Virus record (IMG/VR): IMGVR_UViG_3300029720_000017
Strand: one strand, 5' to 3'
Length of the DNA: 54,276 nt
From: a virus
In this document: positions 43,076 to 51,271 of the stretch, piece after piece
How positions within the stretch are numbered: the stretch's first letter is position 1
How the letters are laid out: each line of letters opens with the position of its first letter
Translations under genes and position numbers: made by a program
Notes under the pieces: model-generated
What the model saw: only the letters and a program-made list of their open reading frames with translations
The model's database searches: none
Told to the model about the DNA's origin: nothing

Positions 43076-43813
43076 ATGGGTCTATTAGACTCCGCTGTCG
43101 ACATCCACGAACTCGGTCAACGTAATTTCTGGGTGCTGTACGGCAAATCCAACAGCGGCAAGACGTATGTCGCATCCACATTCCCCAAGCCCCTGCTGTA
43201 TGTACAGATAGGTGATGATGGCTCCAACACGATTGCTCATGTGGATGGTATAAAGGCCATCTCCATTGAGAATGTGGAGCAGTTCAAAACACTCTGTGAA
43301 GAGCTCAAGAAAGACAAGAAGTACGCAACCATTGTTGTTGATACATTTTCCATGGTGGTCAACGAATGGGTGCAGCAGAAGGTCACTACCAAGGGCAAGA
43401 AGATGACTCAGCAGCTCTGGGGCGACCTGAAGACCGAACAGGAGGAGCTCATCAAGTCCCTTCATCGGTTAGCAAAGAAGCACATTGTCGTGGCTACCTG
43501 CCATGAGAGCATGGATGCAATCGAGGGTATGGAGGACGAGATTACCCCGGACATCCGTCCGTCTGTGTCCAAGGGTGCTCGTACCTACCTTGAGGGCATG
43601 GCTAACTACGGTATCCACACAACTAAAATCGTCAAGGAAGTCACCAAGGGTAACGAGACCAAGGAAGTTGTCAAGTATGCAGCCGACATCGGTCCCAATC
43701 CTTACTACTGGACCAAGCTCCAGATTGACCCGAGTGTCAAAGTTCCCAAGCGTATCATCAATCCGACCTACGACAAGTTCATGGAAGTCATTGGGTCGGT
43801 TGACAATAACTAA
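43076..43813 (+). CDS. Sak4-like RecA-fold ATPase (AAA_24)
   Basis: Walker A GKSNSGKT and Walker B IVVDTFS. It lies between a nuclease and a DUF669 gene, as in many phage recombination modules. Confidence 0.7.
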   Translation: MGLLDSAVDIHELGQRNFWVLYGKSNSGKTYVASTFPKPLLYVQIGDDGSNTIAHVDGIKAISIENVEQFKTLCEELKKDKKYATIVVDTFSMVVNEWVQQKVTTKGKKMTQQLWGDLKTEQEELIKSLHRLAKKHIVVATCHESMDAIEGMEDEITPDIRPSVSKGARTYLEGMANYGIHTTKIVKEVTKGNETKEVVKYAADIGPNPYYWTKLQIDPSVKVPKRIINPTYDKFMEVIGSVDNN

Positions 43814-43830
43814 TTTTGGAGGTACCTACT

Positions 43831-44505
43831 ATGAGCAGAAGAATGAAAGTCGATATGACCGGTGTTGAGAGTTACTCTCGTTGCCCGGAGGGTCAGTTCC
43901 CCGCCAAGCTGGTCAAGCTGGAAGAATGCAGCATTCAGGGTTCTGGTGACGATGGTCTCAAGGCCAAGTTTAAAGTCACCAGTGGTTCTGGCAAGGGCAG
44001 TAACGTCTTTGAGACCTTCTCTCTGGCCGAAAAGGCTCTGTGGAAGCTGAAGATGATGCTGGAGGCCATGGGTATGAAGGCTGTCGGCAAGATGACCCTT
44101 GATTTGGACAAGCTGGAGGGCAAGTCCGTCGGTATCGAGGTCGTCCATGATGAGTACAATGGCCGTAAACAGGCCAAGATTGCTCAGTACCTCAAGCTGA
44201 GCGAGCTGGAGGATACTGAGGCCGATGAGGATGATGAGGACGATGACGATGAAGATGAGGATGAGGAGCCGGTGAAGAAGCCCGCCAAGAAAGCTCCCAC
44301 CAAGAAGTCCAAGAAGCAGCCCGAGCCTGAGGATGACGACGAGGACGAAGATGAGGATGACGATGATGAGGACGAGGAAGAGGAAAAGCCCGCCCCCAAG
44401 AAGTCCTCTAAGAAAGCTCCTGCCAAGGCTTCCAAAAAGACCAGCAAGAAGTCCAAAAAGGACGAAGACGATGACGAGGACGACTGGGAGGACGATGAGG
44501 ACTAA
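43831..44505 (+). CDS. DUF669-type (SSB-like) protein with a long polyampholyte tail
   Basis: ATG follows GGAGGT. The N-terminal ~120 aa are DUF669-like. The tail alternates D/E runs with KKPAKKAPTKKSKK blocks and ends DDWEDDED. Confidence 0.65.
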   Translation: MSRRMKVDMTGVESYSRCPEGQFPAKLVKLEECSIQGSGDDGLKAKFKVTSGSGKGSNVFETFSLAEKALWKLKMMLEAMGMKAVGKMTLDLDKLEGKSVGIEVVHDEYNGRKQAKIAQYLKLSELEDTEADEDDEDDDDEDEDEEPVKKPAKKAPTKKSKKQPEPEDDDEDEDEDDDDEDEEEEKPAPKKSSKKAPAKASKKTSKKSKKDEDDDEDDWEDDED

Positions 44506-44563
44506 TCCCATCTGACTTCTACCGGGGGAGGGGTGACCCTCCCCCAATACAAGGAGGAACACT

Positions 44564-44905
44564 ATGGACAAGATTACAATCCATTCCGAGCTTTGCACAG
44601 AGATGCATGCCCTGTACAAGCACAAAAATGCTGACTACGGAGATAGCTTTGCTCGGCTCCGAAAGCGTTACCCGAACTTTGTGTGTATGCGGCTGTTTGA
44701 CAAGCTCAACCGTCTGGACACCATCATCCAGCCGGGGTATGAGTGTAAGGTGTCTGACGAGAAAATTGAGGACACCCTGATGGATATCGCCAACTATGCT
44801 ATCATGGAGCTGACTGAGCGTAGAGCTGAACGCCCTTTCGCTGAAGAAGTGATGAGACGAGCTCGTAATAGCGAGCCTGTGGTCATCAAGAACACCGATA
44901 TCTGA
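44564..44905 (+). CDS. DUF1599 / nucleotide-modification-associated domain 1 protein
   Basis: KHKNADYGDSF....MRLFDKLNRL is the DUF1599 pattern. It lies directly upstream of the ThyA homologue. Confidence 0.65.
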   Translation: MDKITIHSELCTEMHALYKHKNADYGDSFARLRKRYPNFVCMRLFDKLNRLDTIIQPGYECKVSDEKIEDTLMDIANYAIMELTERRAERPFAEEVMRRARNSEPVVIKNTDI

Positions 44906-44918
44906 TAGGAGGAAAATC

Positions 44919-45635
44919 ATGGCTGTAACTGTATTCAATGCAAAAACCGTAAACGAGGCTTGGGAACAGGCTTTCGAGGCTCTGAAGGCTCAGGCCAATG
45001 AGGGCTTCAATGATACCTCTCGCGATGGAGGGGTTGTGGGTGAGATTACCGATGCAGTCTTCTGCATTGAAGACCCCACTCGCAACATCGTGACCAGTCC
45101 CATTCGCAAGATGCCTATGCGCTATGCCGTGGGCGAGCTTGCATGGTATCTATCTGGCTCCAACAAGGCTTCCGACATCGGTCGCTTTGCTAAGAAGTGG
45201 CTGGAAATTTCTGACGACGGCGAGACCAACAACTCCGCGTATGGTTATCGTATTTTCACAAAGTTCGGCTTTGACCAGTGGAAGCACGTCAAGAACATGC
45301 TGCAGAAAGACCCCAACTCCCGTCAGGCAGTTATCCACATCAAGGACGCTGATAACAAACTTACCAAGGATACCCCATGCACGGTCTATCTGCAGTTCTT
45401 CATTCGGAATGGCAAGCTGAATCTCTCTGTTCACATGCGCTCCAATGACATCTGGATGGGTGTACCCTATGACATGTTCAGTTTCTGTTTCCTGCAGATG
45501 AAGATGGCTATGGAGCTGGGGGTTGAGATTGGTGAGTATCATCATTATGCCGGTTCTTTGCACATGTATGCTCGGGACTGGGAAGCCGCCAAGAAGAACA
45601 TGGGTGAGGTCTGCTGTACTGAGCTGAAGAGGTGA
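44919..45635 (+). CDS. thymidylate-synthase-fold pyrimidine C5 transferase, probably dCMP-specific (hydroxymethylase or methylase)
   Basis: PCTVYLQFFIRNGKLNLSVHMRSNDIWMGVPYDMFSF aligns residue by residue with E. coli ThyA [37 protein letters not shown]. An Asp replaces the specificity-determining Asn. Confidence 0.75.
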   Translation: MAVTVFNAKTVNEAWEQAFEALKAQANEGFNDTSRDGGVVGEITDAVFCIEDPTRNIVTSPIRKMPMRYAVGELAWYLSGSNKASDIGRFAKKWLEISDDGETNNSAYGYRIFTKFGFDQWKHVKNMLQKDPNSRQAVIHIKDADNKLTKDTPCTVYLQFFIRNGKLNLSVHMRSNDIWMGVPYDMFSFCFLQMKMAMELGVEIGEYHHYAGSLHMYARDWEAAKKNMGEVCCTELKR

Positions 45636-45639
45636 CCTG

Positions 45640-46014
45640 ATGTCATACAACAGGATTACCAAGGGACCAGAGCTCATTAAAGTGATGGTCAAAATCCTTG
45701 ACGAGAACAAGGACATACTGGTATGGGACCATTTCTGTTACGCGCCCAAAGACCTGTACCTCAAGTTCTTGGAAAACCGGGGCATTGAGCGATTCGAGAT
45801 GGCAGAGTACCTCCAGCGTTGGTGCCTGTTGGACTTCAACTGTGATTTGCCTATGACCAGAGCGCAAGACATAACCGTGCTCAAGGAACTGATACTGGAC
45901 AAGTACTCCAAAATCTTCCCTTACCTGTCTCGTCCGAGCAAGACAGACCGGCAAGGGTGGATTAGAGTGTGGCTGTCCGAACACATGGAAAGAGAAATGA
46001 GGAAAAAGAAATGA
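45640..46014 (+). CDS. hypothetical protein
   Basis: GAGGTGA RBS, 124 aa, no motif I can name. Confidence 0.55.
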   Translation: MSYNRITKGPELIKVMVKILDENKDILVWDHFCYAPKDLYLKFLENRGIERFEMAEYLQRWCLLDFNCDLPMTRAQDITVLKELILDKYSKIFPYLSRPSKTDRQGWIRVWLSEHMEREMRKKK

Positions 46015-46397
46015 TTGACAAGAGTACCTACAATGAGGGTGCCCTGTTCCCTCAGATTGCTGCTGTGGACTTTGATGGTCTGCTGGTGGAGAACAAGTTT
46101 CCCGAGATTGGTGAAATTCGTCAGCCGATGTTCAATGCCGTAAAGTGCCTCCAGGAAAACGGCTGGAAAATCATCCTGTGGAGCTGCCGTACCGGGGATA
46201 TGCTGAAGGACGCTGTGGAGTTCTGTGTTCAGCACGGTCTCGTTCCTGATGCTGTGAATGAAAACCTCAAGGAAGTTCAAGAATACTTCGGCGGCGATAC
46301 TCGTAAGGTCTTTGCCAACATGTACTTGGATGACCGGAGTGCAAATTACCGGAGCGACCTTGGAGTATTCGCAACTATCCCACCGGAGACTCTGTAA
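46011..46397 (+). CDS. HAD-superfamily phosphatase-like protein
   Basis: ATG at 46011 with an ATGA overlap. AAVDFDGLL is a DxDx(T/V/L)-type motif I. Small capless fold size. Confidence 0.5.
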   Translation: MIDKSTYNEGALFPQIAAVDFDGLLVENKFPEIGEIRQPMFNAVKCLQENGWKIILWSCRTGDMLKDAVEFCVQHGLVPDAVNENLKEVQEYFGGDTRKVFANMYLDDRSANYRSDLGVFATIPPETL

Positions 46398-46399
46398 TC

Positions 46400-46753
46400 A
46401 TGAAAGAGAGCAGCTTTCAGAGCAGAGCACTCCAGTACCTCAACTCCATACCGGGGTGCAGGGCTGAGAACGTTTCTGGTAATGCTATGCAGTCCGGTAG
46501 ACCCGACATCAACGGCTGCTACTGTGGCCGTATGTTCAAGCTGGAACTGAAGGTTCCTGACCACAAGAATGTAGCCACCAAGAAACAGGAACTGGAGCTC
46601 CAGAAGTGGGCAGCTGCGGGTGCTGTTGTGGGTGTTATCTACTCTATGGAGTCTCTCAAGAAATTCATGGAGTGCTTAGAGCACCCTGTTTACCCTGTCC
46701 GTGAGAAACGGTTCAAAGAGGAGAATGGTTGTGAGTCTTGGTTCAAGCTCTAA
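46400..46753 (+). CDS. VRR-NUC domain nuclease
   Basis: GRPDINGCY...FKLELK (D...ExK), with an SNF2 helicase immediately downstream as is usual for phage VRR-NUC. Confidence 0.7.
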   Translation: MKESSFQSRALQYLNSIPGCRAENVSGNAMQSGRPDINGCYCGRMFKLELKVPDHKNVATKKQELELQKWAAAGAVVGVIYSMESLKKFMECLEHPVYPVREKRFKEENGCESWFKL

Positions 46754-48155
46754 CTTCATACTCAAGACCAAGCCTTGGGCACACCAGCTCAAGGCTCTTG
46801 AGTATCTATACCCTCGGGACGCTGCTGCTCTGTATACCAAACCGGGCAGCGGCAAAACCAAAATCATGATTGACCTCATTGTCAACCGAGGGTTCAAGCG
46901 TGTATTAGTAGTAGCTCCTAAAAAGCCCTGTGAAGTGTGGAAGCCTCAGATACAGCTACACTCTGACATCCCGCCGGAAAACATACATGAATTGTATTCT
47001 CTCAGCGGGAAGAAGAAGGCTGAGCTGCTAAAGACCTTCAAGACTGTACAACCGGGCGAGGGCTGCTCCATCTTCATCTGTAACTATGATTCCGTCTGGC
47101 AAAAGCCTGTTGATAAAGTCTGGTTCTACAAGAAGCTGGGAATTGACTGCGTTATCTGCGATGAGAGTCACCGCATCAAGTCTCCATCAAGCAAGTGTTC
47201 CTGTTTCCTTGCTCGTCTCGGAAAGGTTGTTCCGCATCGGTATCTACTGACCGGTACACCGCTGGCTGAAAATCCTATGGATGTGTATGCTCAGTACAGA
47301 TTCCTTGACCGGTCTATCTATGGTACCAACTACCGAGCATTCTGTGAGCAGTACCAGAATATTGACATCAACCTGAGTGCTCGTGTTGGCTTTCCAATTC
47401 TGGACAAGAAGCAGCCTTATAAAAACCTTGATGACCTCAAGGAGAAGATGTTCAGTTGCGCTTTCTATATGAACTCTACGGTCAAGCTCCCAAAAACGAC
47501 CAGAATGGTTGTCAAGATACCCATGCCCGCCGGATTGGAGTACTTGTACAAGGAGCTTGATAAAGAAGGTGCTCTGGAGATGGAAGAGGGCTTCTTGACC
47601 GTGAACAATGCTCTGTCCATGGTCATACGGAAACAGCAGGTAACAAGTGGGTATCTCCCTCTGGAACGAGATGATGGTACAACCGAGCTCAAGCGTATCA
47701 GTACATATAGGCGTACATTTTTATACAAGTTCCTCAAGCAGTTACCGGAGTCAGAGCCTGTTGTCATCTTTGCGAAGTTCCAAAAAGACCTGTATTCTAT
47801 CCGCAAGGTCGCAGAACGTCTTGGTTGCGGGTATTCAGAGGTGTCTGGCCGGGAAAATACCCTCAGGGACTGGAAGTCTGGAAAGACCCGAGTTCTGGGT
47901 GTACAGTATACAGCAGGGTCAGAGAGTATTGACCTCACTCGTGCTCATCTCTGTATATTCTACACCCTTGACCACTCTTTGGGGAAGTATGAGCAAGCGC
48001 GGGCACGAGTACATAGACCGGGTCAAGAGAGCCCATGCATTTACTACCACTTCACCGCTGTGATGTCTTCCGGTCGGACGGTTGACCAAGACATTGTACA
48101 ATGTTGGAAAGACAAGAAAAATTACATAGACCTTATCATGAGAGGAGCCTTGTAA
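46725..48155 (+). CDS. SNF2-family helicase
   Basis: Contains PWAHQLKALEYL, GSGKT, DESHRIK and a C-terminal helicase domain. The start is ATG 46725 or GTG 46731; the latter has better RBS spacing. Confidence 0.85.
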   Translation: MVVSLGSSSNFILKTKPWAHQLKALEYLYPRDAAALYTKPGSGKTKIMIDLIVNRGFKRVLVVAPKKPCEVWKPQIQLHSDIPPENIHELYSLSGKKKAELLKTFKTVQPGEGCSIFICNYDSVWQKPVDKVWFYKKLGIDCVICDESHRIKSPSSKCSCFLARLGKVVPHRYLLTGTPLAENPMDVYAQYRFLDRSIYGTNYRAFCEQYQNIDINLSARVGFPILDKKQPYKNLDDLKEKMFSCAFYMNSTVKLPKTTRMVVKIPMPAGLEYLYKELDKEGALEMEEGFLTVNNALSMVIRKQQVTSGYLPLERDDGTTELKRISTYRRTFLYKFLKQLPESEPVVIFAKFQKDLYSIRKVAERLGCGYSEVSGRENTLRDWKSGKTRVLGVQYTAGSESIDLTRAHLCIFYTLDHSLGKYEQARARVHRPGQESPCIYYHFTAVMSSGRTVDQDIVQCWKDKKNYIDLIMRGAL

Positions 48156-48177
48156 ATACAGGGTTCCTCTTTATTTT
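48141..48177 (+). terminator. intrinsic terminator overlapping the SNF2 stop codon
   Basis: Stem agaggagcc/gggttcctct (9 bp, one G-U pair) followed by ttatttt. Confidence 0.6.
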
Positions 48178-48209
48178 GAAAATTTTCTCAAAATTTTTGT
48201 AAAAAGTGC

Positions 48210-48238
48210 TTTACTTTTCCAAAAGATAGAGTTATAAT
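48210..48238 (+). promoter_or_regulatory. promoter P5 (TTTACT-N17-TATAAT)
   Basis: TTTACT at 48210 and TATAAT at 48233. Upstream A/T tracts. Confidence 0.75.
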
Positions 48239-48286
48239 TGTATCATAAATTAAATCAACCCCCTCAATTCTGAAAGGAGCTCTACA

Positions 48287-48685
48287 ATGAAAAACGATAT
48301 GATTAAAATCACCTGCATCGATGGCACTAACTTCCTGACTTCTCTGGATTACACCACTGAAAAGATGACTGAGCTGATTGATGAGTCCAGCAAACAGATG
48401 CCGGAAAGAAAGCTGTCCTACAAAGTATTCAAGTCCGGCGAGATGCCTCTGGAGGAGCTGCCCGAACTGATTCAGACTCAAGTCAAATCCGTTCTTCGTG
48501 CGTATCCCCGCTGCACGGTGACTTATGAATATGGCAAGTTCTCCGTCAGCGCCGGTTGCTGTATCAAGAATCACTACAACTTTGACCACTATGTGGCTGG
48601 GACTTACTGGGACAGCGATGTCTACACCCTCGAGGAGCGTCGGCAGAACTACAAAGAAGAGTTCGGATATGCACCTTGCTTCTAA
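48287..48685 (+). CDS. hypothetical protein
   Basis: RBS context tctgaaaggagctctacaATG. First gene after the promoter at 48210. Confidence 0.6.
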   Translation: MKNDMIKITCIDGTNFLTSLDYTTEKMTELIDESSKQMPERKLSYKVFKSGEMPLEELPELIQTQVKSVLRAYPRCTVTYEYGKFSVSAGCCIKNHYNFDHYVAGTYWDSDVYTLEERRQNYKEEFGYAPCF

Positions 48686-48787
48686 GCTGTACCAAGATGT
48701 TTCTGATATGGAAATTCGCTTTTGGAAATACACTATTTAGAAGAAAGCGAGCAGAACTACATTGAAGAACTTTAAGGAGGTAACACC

Positions 48788-49675
48788 ATGAAAGAGTACA
48801 CCGTCAAGAACAATGATTTCACCGAATTCGACATCAATCCTGACCTGACCTTGGACAGAGTTGACCGTAATGGTACCCACTACTACACCAATAACCGTTG
48901 CCCCAAGTGCGGCGGAGAGAAGTACATCTCCTATTACACCCATGTTGACGGCGGTGTTTGCTTCCTCTGCGGCGGTACTGGTGTTCATCCCACCAAGGTG
49001 GTCGTCAGAACCGAAGAGTACGCCGCCAAGCTGGATGCCAAGCGTCTGGAGAAAGCTCGCAAGACTGCTGGAGCTCGGAATGCCGAGTACCTTCATCGTC
49101 AAGGCTTCAACGCCGATGGTATGACTTGGGTAGTCATGGGTGAGACCTATTCTCGCAAGGACGAGCTGAAGGCCGCTGGTTGTAAGTGGAGTCCTGAGTT
49201 CGGCTGGCACTTTGACCACGAGACCGAGCAGTTTGACACGGTTGTAGTGACCATCCGTACCATGATTCCGTACTTTGAGGACGAGAATGGTCAGCCTTGC
49301 ACTTCCGCTATCGGTCAGTACTCCGTTGACGGAACTCTGTATTTCCTCCGCTCCGAGTTCATTATGGACTACATGAAGTCCCTCCGCGAACAGTACATCG
49401 CTGACCACGCTCCTAAGACCGAGCATTTCGGTAACGTGGGTGATAAGGTGGAGCGAGAGGTCAAGCTCGTTCGTCGCGCTGGGTTCGACACTATGTGGGG
49501 AACGACCTTTGTGTACACCTTTGTGGACTCCGATGGTCATCAGTTCATCTGGAAGACTGGCTGTTACCTTGACCAGTCTGAGGGCAGCACCCTCACCGTC
49601 CGGGGTACGATTAAAGCCCACTCCGAGTACCGGGGTGCGCGGCAAACTGAGCTCACCCGGTGCCGAGTCGCGTAA
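48788..49675 (+). CDS. DnaJ-type zinc-finger (CxxCGG x2) protein with an OB-like C-terminal domain
   Basis: Contains CPKCGGEK and CFLCGGTG. The C-terminus FGNVGDKVEREVKL...LTVRGTIKAHSEYRGARQTELTRCRV is OB-fold-like. Last gene of the plus block. Confidence 0.6.
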   Translation: MKEYTVKNNDFTEFDINPDLTLDRVDRNGTHYYTNNRCPKCGGEKYISYYTHVDGGVCFLCGGTGVHPTKVVVRTEEYAAKLDAKRLEKARKTAGARNAEYLHRQGFNADGMTWVVMGETYSRKDELKAAGCKWSPEFGWHFDHETEQFDTVVVTIRTMIPYFEDENGQPCTSAIGQYSVDGTLYFLRSEFIMDYMKSLREQYIADHAPKTEHFGNVGDKVEREVKLVRRAGFDTMWGTTFVYTFVDSDGHQFIWKTGCYLDQSEGSTLTVRGTIKAHSEYRGARQTELTRCRVA

Positions 49676-49784
49676 ATCTCGTTCTTCCGAATTCCTCTCA
49701 TCCTATTTCGAGTCCGAGAGGAAGGGGGTGGTAAACTACTACCCCCGATTTCGGAGGACGCCTCGAGGATTTTAGACCAAAGAA

Positions 49785-49810
49785 ACTCCCCCACCACACG
49801 GCGGGGGAGT
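49785..49810. terminator. bidirectional terminator between the convergent blocks
   Basis: Stem actccccc/gggggagt (8 bp). T-rich on both strands after the stem. Confidence 0.65.
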
Positions 49811-49950
49811 ACTTTATTGAACACCATGGGGTGGCAGGGGGACAATTCGGTGCTCCTCCTCGCTCCACACGAACATCTCCGTACCGGGCTGCACCGTACA
49901 GACAGGAGCGTACTTGTTAGGTGATACCCTCACGAAGAGCTGTGGAGGGT

Positions 49951-50556
49951 TCAGCACAGAATCTTTCCTACATCCTTGCACTTTTCCTCATACCTCTCAT
50001 GATATTCTTCCTGAAGCATACCAACGTAACCGAAGTCATAGTCAGCAGCTTTCAGTTCAATGCAGAGTCGTTCCAGATACTTCAGCTCCAAGTCCACGTC
50101 GCACACGAGGCAATTGATTTCGTTGAAGTCGGCTACACAACCCCAGTCAAGCAGCATTCTCGCGCTTTTCTCATACAGGGCTTTGGTATCCGTCTCCCAC
50201 TCCTTGTACTGCTCCATGGCTCTCTGCACGGCCTGTTTCCTCACCGCAGGGGTGACGGCCATACGATTGTACTGGTACCAGTCATAGGGGATGATGTCAA
50301 CTGGCTCCACGTCCTCGTTGGGAAGCAGCATGCCATGATGGTTGATGTAGTACCGCTTGAGTTTGCGGTGCATACAGGACTCCTCCAGATACTGGTACTC
50401 GTGCATCCGTTTGAAGCCTCTCAGACCAAGAAAATCGAAGAGGTCAGCCATGTCGTTGTGGAACATGAGAGCTAAGACCTGACGGGAGTTTACCGCAGTG
50501 AACAGTTCTTTGACATCCTTGGGACTGTACTCTGCAATAGACAGTTTTCCGTTCAT
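49951..50556 (-). CDS. ferritin-like four-helix-bundle protein
   Basis: ALMFHNDMADLFDFLGLRGFKRMHEYQYLEESCMHRKLKRYYI resembles ferritin helix A/B (..GF....Q..EE..H..K). AGGAGG RBS. Confidence 0.45.
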   Translation of the reverse strand: MNGKLSIAEYSPKDVKELFTAVNSRQVLALMFHNDMADLFDFLGLRGFKRMHEYQYLEESCMHRKLKRYYINHHGMLLPNEDVEPVDIIPYDWYQYNRMAVTPAVRKQAVQRAMEQYKEWETDTKALYEKSARMLLDWGCVADFNEINCLVCDVDLELKYLERLCIELKAADYDFGYVGMLQEEYHERYEEKCKDVGKILC

Positions 50557-50753
50557 ACTTGTCCTCCTTCCAGCTTGCTGAGCAGCAGGTCAATCTTCTC
50601 ATCTTGAATGGAAAGGTGTTTATGGATGTCGTCAACCGCAGCTTGGACGGCCTTACTCATCGTACTTTGGTCAACGTTTTCACCATAGTTGGCTACACCA
50701 ATTAGAAACGAGATGATTGCCAGTGCATCAAGCAAAGTCAACTGTTCTTTCAT
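50553..50753 (-). CDS. small protein with an N-terminal hydrophobic helix plus coiled-coil
   Basis: ATGA coupling at both ends. Sequence LLDALAIISFLIGVANY, then a helical region. Confidence 0.5.
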   Translation of the reverse strand: MKEQLTLLDALAIISFLIGVANYGENVDQSTMSKAVQAAVDDIHKHLSIQDEKIDLLLSKLEGGQV

Positions 50754-51178
50754 TCCTTGACCACTTCCATAGCGACGTTCATGGTGTTGACGGTCTGGCT
50801 GTTTACATAGATGCTCAGGATACTTTCACCCTGACCGCAGAATACACGTACCGGGGCTGTGAAGCCGAAGTTGACGATACCGTTCTCAGCCGCAGAAGAG
50901 GTCTGAACTGCACCGGGCACCAAGTTACCATCCTGATACAGAGAGACAGTAATCTGACCTTCAGCAGAAGCTGTCAGAGTCGCGTTAACGCTCACGGTGT
51001 AGTAACCAGCAGCCCTCTCGTTGCTGTCGCAGCAACCCGCATTCTTCAGCACGACCGTGTTGTTTCTCAGCCGAATGCAGCGTCCAAACTGACGAGTAGT
51101 GTTGGTCAGAGGCAGGATGTTACCCGCCTGAACTTCTTGTACACCTGTAAAAGTGTAGTAACCGAGAGATTTAGCCAT
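50750..51178 (-). CDS. C1q/TNF-like (BclA C-terminal-domain-like) jelly-roll protein
   Basis: Pattern AGNILPLTNTTRQFG.CIRL..NTVVLKNAG.YTVSVNATL...ITVSLYQDGNLVPGA...ILSIYV resembles BclA-CTD-type beta sandwiches. No collagen repeats. Strong RBS. Confidence 0.4.
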   Translation of the reverse strand: MAKSLGYYTFTGVQEVQAGNILPLTNTTRQFGRCIRLRNNTVVLKNAGCCDSNERAAGYYTVSVNATLTASAEGQITVSLYQDGNLVPGAVQTSSAAENGIVNFGFTAPVRVFCGQGESILSIYVNSQTVNTMNVAMEVVKE

Positions 51179-51206
51179 TGTATTGTACCTCCTTTATAAT
51201 GAAATA

Positions 51207-51232
51207 GGCGGGGCAGCTATTGCCACCCCGCC
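51207..51232 (-). terminator. hairpin (attenuator or terminator) inside the six-gene module
   Basis: Stem ggcgggg/ccccgcc. On the minus strand it is followed by tatttcatt. Confidence 0.5.
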
Positions 51233-51271
51233 AGAGTTCCTCGCCAAACAGGGCGTATTAACAGGATTTAC

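Noticed and set aside
43810-44625. 271-aa minus-strand ORF, and other long antisense ORFs such as 10848-11942 (+), 17720-19090 (+), 19830-20972 (+), 48737-49645 (-), 30978-31727 (-) and 13146-14111 (+).
   Set aside because: Each lies fully antisense to a gene with clear family motifs and an RBS. They have no RBS of their own and have low-complexity or Leu/Ser/Arg-rich composition typical of shadow ORFs.
44919-45635. Annotating the ThyA-fold gene as an ordinary thymidylate synthase.
   Set aside because: The specificity-determining Asn of the PFN motif is Asp (PYD). The gene also sits with DUF1599, dCMP deaminase and MazG-type genes, so a dCMP hydroxymethylase or methylase is more likely.
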